Source: Candidatus Thorarchaeota archaeon (lineage in GTDB: Archaea; Asgardarchaeota; Thorarchaeia; Thorarchaeales; Thorarchaeaceae). From it: a DNA stretch of 19,332 nucleotides. Below the pieces are notes generated by a model, which did not search any database, was not told the origin of the DNA, and was given only the letters and a program-made list of their open reading frames with translations. Of this stretch, positions 8,385 through 15,929 are shown piece after piece. The translations under genes were made by a program, and so were the position numbers. The DNA lies in the NCBI GenBank assembly GCA_016839445.1, contig JAEOUG010000109.1, forward strand, positions 1 to 19,332. Reading direction: 5' to 3'. The number at the start of each line of letters is the position of its first letter. Position 1 is the stretch's first letter.

Positions 8385-10172
8385 ATGCTTACCCTTGAAG
8401 AAACAATTGAGCTCATCCTGAAGCATAGAACAGACTATGAGAGAAGTCACATTCTCGAGATGGTCAAGGAGAAGCGTCAGGAACTCGGCCCTGAAGTAGT
8501 CAATGACGAGTCGGCTGCGATGATAGTAGCGAGGGAACTGGGCGTTGACTTGCACAGGGCAACTCCACAGGCACGAACAAGAATCAAGGACATATCACTC
8601 TCAACAAGGAATGTCAATCTCTATGCCCAAGTCAAGAGCATAGGTGACGTGAGGACGTTCTCGAGAAAGGATGGAGGACAGGGTAGAGTAGCAAGTCTTA
8701 CACTGGGCGATGAAACAGGCACAGTCAGGCTCGCGCTGTGGGATGAAAAGACAGACATCCTCAAGGAAGATGCGCTCTCCGTGGGATGTATAGTGCAGAT
8801 CATGAAGGCCTATGTTAGAGAGGGACTCGGCAATGCACTGGAGCTGAACCTTGGCAGAATGGGAGGCATTAGGATTCTTGAGGACTATGAAGTTGATGAG
8901 GAGAACCTGGACTTCGGGGGCCAAGAAGGCGGAATGGAGTTTGTCGAGATTCGGAATCTAGAGGCTGGCAAGTACGATGTCAGCGTGAAGGCCAAGGTAA
9001 GATGGGTCTCAGATGTAAGCGAATTCACCCGGAAGGACGGAACTACTGGACGCGTCATGAGTGTCTTCGCCGCGGACGAAACAGGTTCAACACGTATCGT
9101 CTTCTGGGATGAGCGGGTTGATGACGCCAAGGGCGTTGAAGTGGGAGAGGTAATCGCCGTAGAGAGAGGCTACACCAGACTCAGTTCAAGGAACAACGAA
9201 GTCGAGTTGCACACAGGCAGGTCTTCAGAGGTCAAGCGCGGACTTGATGATGATATCGAAGTGTCGTCTTCCGACGCGCCCCGTCAGGAGTCGAAGCCTC
9301 TAGGACGAAAGAACATTGAGGACCTCACAACAGGAATGTGGGATGTGGACATCGAAGGGCAGGTAGCGATGGTTCACGAAGTCCGGACCTTCCAGAAGAA
9401 GGATGGCGGAGATGGAAGGGTGCAGAACCTGATTCTTGTTGATAAGACAGGGAGAATCAGGACAGTGTTCTGGGATGACGATGTGGACACTATCTCCTCG
9501 GTGAAAGAGGGGGATGTCGTCAGAATCAGCCACGCCTATGTCAAGGAGGGATTCATGCAGGCATTGGAGGCGGTCGCTGGACGAAGCTGTGAAATCACAG
9601 TCAACCCCAAGGACAGTGATCTTATCAGCCTAGACCTTTCAGGAGTCACTGAGCAGGCCTCTGTTGTTCCCTCGAGAGTCACTATTGGGGACATCGGTGA
9701 CGATATTGAGGGCAAGACGGTAGAGGTCTATGGAATTGTGGTTGGCATTGGACAAGCAAGCCCCATCTATCAGGCCTGCCCGGAATGTAACAAGAAACTC
9801 GAACAGACAGAGGACGGCTTTTACTGTCGCACGTGTAGCAAGGGCATCGACGAACCCGAGCCGCGGATGTTTTACAAGATTACGCTTGATGATGGCACTG
9901 AGACCATCCGAGCAACAATGTTTGGAGACGTGGCTGAGAAGCTGCTGGGCCTTACCGCTAAGCAGGCTATGGACATGATAGTCAAAACTGGGAACATCAG
10001 CGAGCCGATTCGTAGGAATTCCGATAAGATACTTGGCCGGTATCTGTGCGTTGTTGGCAGAATCAACAAGTTTAGAGACTCAATAGAGATCTCGGCTGCA
10101 GGATTCGACTTCGCGGATCCAATAAAGGAGATCAAGAGACTGAAGGCCAGCATCAAGAATGAGATTGGCTAG
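8385..10172 (+). CDS. rpa1: Replication protein A large subunit (N-terminal helical domain, four OB folds, zinc finger)
   Basis: N-terminal ESAAMIVARELGV helix; three OB repeats (F.RKDG..GRV...DETG..R..WD); a fourth OB fold with YQACPEC...CRTC and LDDGTETIRATMFG; C-terminal amphipathic helix. ATG 8385 follows an SD-like AAGGTGA. Confidence 0.92.
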   Translation: MLTLEETIELILKHRTDYERSHILEMVKEKRQELGPEVVNDESAAMIVARELGVDLHRATPQARTRIKDISLSTRNVNLYAQVKSIGDVRTFSRKDGGQGRVASLTLGDETGTVRLALWDEKTDILKEDALSVGCIVQIMKAYVREGLGNALELNLGRMGGIRILEDYEVDEENLDFGGQEGGMEFVEIRNLEAGKYDVSVKAKVRWVSDVSEFTRKDGTTGRVMSVFAADETGSTRIVFWDERVDDAKGVEVGEVIAVERGYTRLSSRNNEVELHTGRSSEVKRGLDDDIEVSSSDAPRQESKPLGRKNIEDLTTGMWDVDIEGQVAMVHEVRTFQKKDGGDGRVQNLILVDKTGRIRTVFWDDDVDTISSVKEGDVVRISHAYVKEGFMQALEAVAGRSCEITVNPKDSDLISLDLSGVTEQASVVPSRVTIGDIGDDIEGKTVEVYGIVVGIGQASPIYQACPECNKKLEQTEDGFYCRTCSKGIDEPEPRMFYKITLDDGTETIRATMFGDVAEKLLGLTAKQAMDMIVKTGNISEPIRRNSDKILGRYLCVVGRINKFRDSIEISAAGFDFADPIKEIKRLKASIKNEIG

Positions 10173-10174
10173 CC

Positions 10175-11416
10175 TCATGAGCTCGCCTTGATCAGCGACT
10201 CGATGGCCTCTAAGAATCTGTCGACATCATCCATGTTGTTGTAGACATAGAAGCTCGCACGTGCAGTGCCCTTCTTGGGGTCGATTCCCATCTGGTAGTG
10301 GAACGGTCCTGCACAGTGCCAGCCGCTACGTATCATGATGTTATGCTCATCGTTGAGGAATCCTGCAACATCATGAGCCGAAGGGACCGTGCTGACGACA
10401 AAAGTCACTAGCCCGACCCTCAAAGATGCATCACTTGTGCCGAATATCCTGACTTCATCCATTTCAAGAAGTCTCTTCAGAACCCGCTCAATCAGCGACT
10501 TCTCATGCTTCTCGATCTCGTGCATTCCTATTGATTGTAGATAGTCTGCAGCTGCAGCCGCACCGATAGCCCCTGCGTAGTTCTGAAGACCGGCCTCGAA
10601 CTTCTCAGGAGGCGGAAGATACTCGGGAAGAATGACTCCATCTTCATATCGTACATCACTTACTGTGTCGCCACCGTACAGGCACATCTGCATGGACTCC
10701 AGGAGTTCGAGGCGTCCGTACAGCACGCCCATGCCTGTCGGACCACACATCTTGTGGACAGAGATAGCAGAGAAGTCTACACCGGAGTCTTGGACGTCCA
10801 TAGGATGGTGTGGCGCGTATTGTGCATCATCAGCAACAACTATTGCACCTCTGTCGTGTGCGATCTCAACAATAGCCTCCAGTGGAGCGATTGTGCCAGT
10901 AACGTTGGAGCAATGCACAAGGGAAACTAGCCCCGTATTCGAGTCAATTGCCTCCTTCCAGTCTTCAATATCAAAGGTTCCATCAGGACGGGCCTCTACA
11001 ACGTGGAGTTTCAGGCCATCTCTTCGAGCTCTTTCTACGAAGGGCAGTGAGCCACTATGATGCTCAAGAGAAGTAGTAATGATCTTCGACCCCTTGTCGA
11101 GCTTGACCGAGCTAGCTACGATGTTCAGTGACTCTGTTGCGTTGCGTGTCCAAACGCACTCCTCGGGTTGGGCGGCGTTGATGAACCGAGCGAATCTCTT
11201 CCTAGCACCAGCGTACGCATTAGAGGCCTCTTCTCCGAATCGGTGAACGCTCCTGCCGGCACATGCTGGGTACTGCTCGTAGTACTCGTTCATTGCATCA
11301 ATTACCTGCTTTGGTTTCATAGCCATACAGGCACTGTCGAGATAGACGATAGGGCGTCCATTGATCCTACGATTGAGGGCAGGGAAGTCCTGCCTGACAA
11401 GTTCCCAGTCAACCAT
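10175..11416 (-). CDS. sufS: PLP-dependent cysteine desulfurase / selenocysteine lyase, SufS/CsdA type
   Basis: VRQDFPAL..VYLDSAC..KP, LEHH, SNVTG, DDAQ, PLP lysine motif HKMCGPTGMG, FEAG and catalytic loop IRSGWHCA, then RASFYVYN. Confidence 0.92.
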   Translation of the reverse strand: MVDWELVRQDFPALNRRINGRPIVYLDSACMAMKPKQVIDAMNEYYEQYPACAGRSVHRFGEEASNAYAGARKRFARFINAAQPEECVWTRNATESLNIVASSVKLDKGSKIITTSLEHHSGSLPFVERARRDGLKLHVVEARPDGTFDIEDWKEAIDSNTGLVSLVHCSNVTGTIAPLEAIVEIAHDRGAIVVADDAQYAPHHPMDVQDSGVDFSAISVHKMCGPTGMGVLYGRLELLESMQMCLYGGDTVSDVRYEDGVILPEYLPPPEKFEAGLQNYAGAIGAAAAADYLQSIGMHEIEKHEKSLIERVLKRLLEMDEVRIFGTSDASLRVGLVTFVVSTVPSAHDVAGFLNDEHNIMIRSGWHCAGPFHYQMGIDPKKGTARASFYVYNNMDDVDRFLEAIESLIKASS

Positions 11417-11421
11417 TGCAC

Positions 11422-11655
11422 TCAGTCCTTGAGCAACTCCCAGCGATATCCGCCCTTTCCGAACGTCTTCTTGATTAGCCCGTGTTCCACAAGCTGATTA
11501 GCAGCAGCAACAAAGGCATCGCCACCTGCGCAGTCGTGACAGAGGTCAGAGTATTCCTCCTTCCGCGCCATCTCAAGAATGTCAACAGTTGACAACGAAT
11601 TAGCCTGGCGGAGTATTGCCAATACACATCTTGCGTTCTTTGAGAGGTCGGGCAT
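11422..11655 (-). CDS. Small (77 aa) winged-helix-like protein with a CxxC motif
   Basis: MPDLSKNARCVLAILRQANSLSTVDILEMA...LCHDCAGGDAFVAAANQLVEHGLIKKTFGKGGYRWELL has a helix-helix-helix plus beta-wing pattern (L...GLI...W). It ends 5 nt before sufS. Start ATG 11655 preferred over 11751. Confidence 0.7.
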   Translation of the reverse strand: MPDLSKNARCVLAILRQANSLSTVDILEMARKEEYSDLCHDCAGGDAFVAAANQLVEHGLIKKTFGKGGYRWELLKD

Positions 11656-11719
11656 CGCAAGCGAGCGGAGGCATGACTCAATATGAAAGCTTCGCAATAA
11701 TCCAACATCTCGTTTCATC

Positions 11720-11733
11720 AAAAGTCTTAAATG
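11720..11733. promoter_or_regulatory. BRE/TATA-like element in the divergent spacer between the wHTH gene and elf1
   Basis: AAAAGTCTTAAATG: a purine-rich BRE plus TTAAAT on +, and TTTAAG on -. An SD-like GGTGA lies just before the elf1 ATG. Confidence 0.45.
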
Positions 11734-11815
11734 AATACACACGCGGGTCACCTCGCTCTATTTCTTGCGGGGCTTTAGCTCTGACTTGTGTGAAATAGGC
11801 AAAGGGTGATTCATC

Positions 11816-12061
11816 ATGGGTAGAAGAAGAAGACAGAAGACTCGGAGAAGGCCACCAAAGAGGATTCCCGATGTTTACTCGTGTCCGGATTGTGGTAACA
11901 CCGCAATCAAGATTGACCTCTATCGGGACAACGAGATGGCCATAGTGAAGTGTGGGTCTTGTGGTCTAGAGATGACAATTACTGATGTGAATGCCCTGAC
12001 TGAACCGGTTGATATCTACGGCTCCTTCATTGACAGATACTACGGCGAAAGGAAGCCCTAG
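11816..12061 (+). CDS. elf1: Transcription elongation factor Elf1
   Basis: Basic N-terminus MGRRRRQK, zinc ribbon CPDC...CGSC and the signature LTEPVDIYGSFID. Confidence 0.95.
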   Translation: MGRRRRQKTRRRPPKRIPDVYSCPDCGNTAIKIDLYRDNEMAIVKCGSCGLEMTITDVNALTEPVDIYGSFIDRYYGERKP

Positions 12062-12095
12062 ACCTTTGAGTACACCCTTTGGAACTCAGCAACGG

Positions 12096-12101
12096 TTATA
12101 A
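12096..12101 (+). promoter_or_regulatory. TATA box (TTATAA) heading the microprotein-hypothetical-lhr-engB unit
   Basis: Consensus TTATAA ending 30 nt before ATG 12132. Confidence 0.6.
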
Positions 12102-12131
12102 GCAGACCCAATCCGAGGCCACCAGATTCGA

Positions 12132-12248
12132 ATGCAATCGCTTGACACCATCAACACAATCCTGTTTCTCATAATGGCAGCACTGGGAGTCATAGCTCTA
12201 GTTCTGACCATGGGATACATGGTTTACGGTGAAACAGAAGAGGAGTAG
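12132..12248 (+). CDS. 38-aa single-transmembrane microprotein (not in the ORF track)
   Basis: Hand translation gives MQSLDTINTILFLIMAALGVIALVLTMGYMVYGETEEE*, with one long hydrophobic stretch and an acidic tail. The upstream TATA box is correctly spaced. Confidence 0.65.
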   Translation: MQSLDTINTILFLIMAALGVIALVLTMGYMVYGETEEE

Positions 12249-12267
12249 TTGCACGGAAGTAGATCCG

Positions 12268-12501
12268 ATGAACATTGCTCTTGTTCAGACTGCTTTTAGT
12301 AGAGTCATGGGTCATATCACGAATGTTGAGTCAATGAAGACGATTGTAGATGATACAGTACAGACTGAGGACTCACTAGAGTCTGCAATCAGGAGTCTTG
12401 AGAAGCGGCTAGATGGTGCCGAAGTGACCCTAAGAACAGACATCCGCATCTTAATCAACGAGTGTCGGCACTTGATGATGGGTAGTCGAGCAGATGAGTG
12501 A
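12268..12501 (+). CDS. Hypothetical small alpha-helical protein (77 aa)
   Basis: MNIALVQTAFSRVMGH...TLRTDIRILINECRHL, with amphipathic helices. The stop overlaps the lhr start (ATGAGTGA). ATG 12268 preferred. Confidence 0.6.
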   Translation: MNIALVQTAFSRVMGHITNVESMKTIVDDTVQTEDSLESAIRSLEKRLDGAEVTLRTDIRILINECRHLMMGSRADE

Positions 12502-15331
12502 CCTCTCGATATTTGGCACCGAGATGCAGAAGTTCCTCAATGCAGCAGGAATTGTGAGTTTCACTCCAATTCAGGAGAGAGCAATTCCCACAATTCTGAA
12601 AGGAGGAGAGAACGTACTCCTCTTGGCTCCCACCGGAAGCGGTAAGACTGAGGCGGCCTTGCTTCCACTTCTCGAAAGACTACACCGGATGAAGAGCGCG
12701 AGAGATCTCTTCGGATTCTACATTCTGTACATCACGCCACTGAGGGCGCTGAACCGGGATGTCTTCAAGCGGATTCAGGACCTCTGTGAGCATCTTGGTT
12801 TGACTGTAGAGGTCAGACATGGCGATACTACTCAATATGCAAGGCGAAAGCAGGCAATCACTCCACCGAACCTCCTGATTACCACTCCAGAGTCCCTTCA
12901 GGCAATCCTTCCGGGGAAGCGCCTGCGATATCATCTGAAGACAGTGTTTGCGGTGGTTGTTGACGAAGTACACGAATTGGCGGACAGCAAAAGAGGCGTC
13001 CAGCTTAGTCTGGGGCTGGAGAGGCTTGAGAGAGTGGCTGGGACGCGTATAGAGAGAATAGGTCTCTCTGCAACCGTCGGCAACCCGGAAGAAGTGGGAT
13101 CACTCCTCAGTGGAAAGCAGAAGGCACGGACCATCTGGGCAGGATATGGGCAGAGGGAGATGGAGCTCAGGGTGGAGATGCCCGAGCCTGTGGAAGAGAC
13201 TAATGCGCTGGCGAAGAAGCTGGCATACCCACTCCATTCGACAGCTAGGCTCAACTACATAGTTGACCAGGTCTCAAATCACGAGTCCACAATCGTGTTC
13301 ACAAACACGAGATCGTTTGCAGAAGTCCTAGGAGCGAAGATGCACTTGCTGAACCCACCGTACGAGTTCGATGTGCATCATGGTTCGCTCTCGAAGGAGG
13401 TTAGAGTGGGCGCAGAAGACAGACTAAAGGCTGGAAAGTCGAGAGCAATCATAGCGACCTCGAGCCTTGAGCTTGGTATCGACATCGGACAGACGGACCT
13501 GGTCATTCAGTACTCGTCACCCAGAGAAGTGGCAAGACTCCTTCAGAGGTCTGGACGGTCTGGACATGGAGTGGGGGGGAAGGCCAAGGGCCTAGTACTA
13601 TCAACAGTGAATCTGGATGATGTGACGGAGTCAGGTGTCATCGTCAGACGAGCTAGGGCAAACAAGGTCGAAGATGCGGAAATACCGAAGAAGAGCTGGG
13701 ATGTACTCTGTCACCAGATAGCGGGCTTCTTGCTGGACGAAGGGGAGGTGTCGAAGGAGGACCTATTGAGCTTCCTGAGAGGGGCATACCCCTACTCTGA
13801 TGTCACCGCAGAAGAGCTCGAGAGCCTTCTATCCTTCATGCAGACGAGGAAACTCCTTGAGCAGGACGGCGGTCTCTTGAAGAGACACGCTCGGACACGC
13901 GTCTTCTACTATGAACGTCTGAGCACAATTCCCGACATTCGACAAGTCCCAGCCATAGACATGACAACGAGGACATCAATCGGTGTGCTAGACGAGGACT
14001 ACGTGAGCGCAAACGTTGAGGCAGGGTCAGTCTTTGTGATCAGAGGACGCCCTTGGACAGTAATAAGCGTTGACGACGAAACTAGCGAGGTTGTCTGTGC
14101 CCCAACCACAGGTGCAAACACCGACATACCAAGATGGATTGGTGAGATGATTCCCGTACCGTACGAGGTTGCTTCTGAGGTCGCAGAGGTGTGGAAGACA
14201 TCAGAAGAGAGAGGAGAGGGAGCTCAGAAATGGCTTCGAAAGGAATATGGATTGGCGGATAGGGCCCGGCGTCATCTTATCGAATCAGTGAGATTGGCTC
14301 AAGAGGCCTTAGATGTCATTCCGACAGTCGATAATCTCGTACTGGAGGACTTCGGAACAGGCCTTGTGCTGCATGCGCCCTTGGGCACTCGGGCCAACGA
14401 ATCACTTGGCATAGTCATCGCATCTCTTCTTACAACAAGACTGGGATTCGATATTGGTGTTGAGCGGGATCCGTATAGGATTCTCTTTACTTCAACAGAG
14501 AGGATAGAACCAGAAACTGTGATAGAAGTGCTGAAAGACTACAATCCCAATCAAGCATCACAAATCCTGCGGCTAGCTGTGAAGAACACTCAGAACTTCG
14601 CCTCGAGATTCATTCATGTGGCAAGACGTATGGACGTAGTGAAGAGAGACGCGAAACCCCGTGGAATTCCTGTGAGAAGGCTAGTGAAGTCGTACGAGAA
14701 TACGCCGCTCTTCGAGGAGACGATGAGAGAGGTGCTCGAGGAGAAGATGGACGAGGAGCGAATGAGGAGTGTCTTCGATAGGTATGAAGCAGGGGCTCTC
14801 AGAGTCCATGTTGCGAAGACGGAGCATCCCTCTCATCTTGCGCGTCTGATAATTGAGGAGAAGACCCGCTTTGAGGTCATGGGCGAAATCTCGGAAGAAG
14901 ACGAAGTACTCAGAATGATGCATGAGCGACTCCTCTCAAAGCAGTTTCGTCTTGTGTGTATGGCAGGAGTTCATTGGGACTCGGTAAGAACCGTTTCGAC
15001 TATGGAGGAGGATATCACTTGTCCAGTGTGTGGTGCGAGAATGATTGCAGTCCTGAGCCCCTCCAATGACTTGTTCAAGAAGACCCTCGCGAAACGTGTC
15101 CGTGGCGATACACTTACGAAGCAGGAACAGAAGGACTATAATCAGGGTGCCTTAACAGCACAGTTGGTCTCGAGGTACGGGAGGAAAGCACTCCTGGTGC
15201 TTGCTGGCCGCGGAATAGGTCCGAGAACAGCCTCGCGGATACTTAGACCCGGCCTAGTGGAGCGCAAGGAGATCCTCCGAGCGATTGCAAGAGGCGAGAT
15301 GGAGTATGAAAGAACTAGGCCGTTCTGGTGA
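12494..15331 (+). CDS. lhr: Lhr-family ATP-dependent SF2 helicase with C-terminal Cys-rich and HhH-like region (aLhr1-like)
   Basis: APTGSGKTEAA, YITPLRALNRD, RHGDT, TTPESL, DEVH..KRG, GLSATVGN, HHGSLS, TSSLELGIDIG, QRSGRSGH, PRWIGE; C-terminal CPVCG and LAGRGIGPRTASRIL. Confidence 0.93.
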   Translation: MSDLSIFGTEMQKFLNAAGIVSFTPIQERAIPTILKGGENVLLLAPTGSGKTEAALLPLLERLHRMKSARDLFGFYILYITPLRALNRDVFKRIQDLCEHLGLTVEVRHGDTTQYARRKQAITPPNLLITTPESLQAILPGKRLRYHLKTVFAVVVDEVHELADSKRGVQLSLGLERLERVAGTRIERIGLSATVGNPEEVGSLLSGKQKARTIWAGYGQREMELRVEMPEPVEETNALAKKLAYPLHSTARLNYIVDQVSNHESTIVFTNTRSFAEVLGAKMHLLNPPYEFDVHHGSLSKEVRVGAEDRLKAGKSRAIIATSSLELGIDIGQTDLVIQYSSPREVARLLQRSGRSGHGVGGKAKGLVLSTVNLDDVTESGVIVRRARANKVEDAEIPKKSWDVLCHQIAGFLLDEGEVSKEDLLSFLRGAYPYSDVTAEELESLLSFMQTRKLLEQDGGLLKRHARTRVFYYERLSTIPDIRQVPAIDMTTRTSIGVLDEDYVSANVEAGSVFVIRGRPWTVISVDDETSEVVCAPTTGANTDIPRWIGEMIPVPYEVASEVAEVWKTSEERGEGAQKWLRKEYGLADRARRHLIESVRLAQEALDVIPTVDNLVLEDFGTGLVLHAPLGTRANESLGIVIASLLTTRLGFDIGVERDPYRILFTSTERIEPETVIEVLKDYNPNQASQILRLAVKNTQNFASRFIHVARRMDVVKRDAKPRGIPVRRLVKSYENTPLFEETMREVLEEKMDEERMRSVFDRYEAGALRVHVAKTEHPSHLARLIIEEKTRFEVMGEISEEDEVLRMMHERLLSKQFRLVCMAGVHWDSVRTVSTMEEDITCPVCGARMIAVLSPSNDLFKKTLAKRVRGDTLTKQEQKDYNQGALTAQLVSRYGRKALLVLAGRGIGPRTASRILRPGLVERKEILRAIARGEMEYERTRPFW

Positions 15332-15929
15332 GAAGAAACCGATTATTGTGTTTGCAGGGCGCAGTAACGTAGGCAAGAGCAGTTCCATTCGCGCCCTAAC
15401 CGGAAAGAAGCTTCGAGTCGGGAAGAAGCCTGGCAGTACTCGGTGGGAAACAATGATTGACCTTGGAACCGTACAGATTGCGGACATTCCAGGATTCGGT
15501 TTCATGGCCGGTCAAAGCAAGACAGCAATTGATGAAACCAAGAACAGAATCGTACAGGTCTTGGAGCAATGGTCGGAGCGGCTTATTCTGTCAGTCCTAA
15601 TCATTGACATCTCGCTGTTTCGCGAGCTCTACGAGCGGTGGTCTGGTCGGGGGGAGATACCGATTGATGTGGAGTTCTATCAATTCCTCTCAGAGATTTC
15701 GGAGAACGTTATCGTCGTGGCGAATAAGTCGGACAAGCTGAAGGGACGCGAAATCCCTAGGGAAACTGAATTCCTTAGAGAGAAACTTCGAGAGGCAGTA
15801 CCGGATTCCCAACCCGAGATTCTGGTCACATCTTGCACAAGGAGAAGAGGCCTTACAGCACTGCGTGACCGAATCGATGCTACTCTTGTCCATAACGATG
15901 TCGAAGCACCCAGATGGGCAATCACCTGA
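15306..15929 (+). CDS. engB: EngB/YihA-family GTPase
   Basis: G1 GRSNVGKSS, G2 GKKPGST, G3 DIPGFGFM, G4 NKSD and the archaeal EngB segment RW..RGEIPIDVEFY.FL. ATG 15306 follows GGAG. Confidence 0.9.
   Translation: MKELGRSGEKKPIIVFAGRSNVGKSSSIRALTGKKLRVGKKPGSTRWETMIDLGTVQIADIPGFGFMAGQSKTAIDETKNRIVQVLEQWSERLILSVLIIDISLFRELYERWSGRGEIPIDVEFYQFLSEISENVIVVANKSDKLKGREIPRETEFLREKLREAVPDSQPEILVTSCTRRRGLTALRDRIDATLVHNDVEAPRWAIT

Noticed and set aside
11656-11751. N-terminal extension of the wHTH ORF in the track; likewise the extended starts at 2284, 2319, 12229 and 15285
   Set aside because: These extensions run over promoter elements or neighbouring genes, and downstream starts fit the domain boundaries better.
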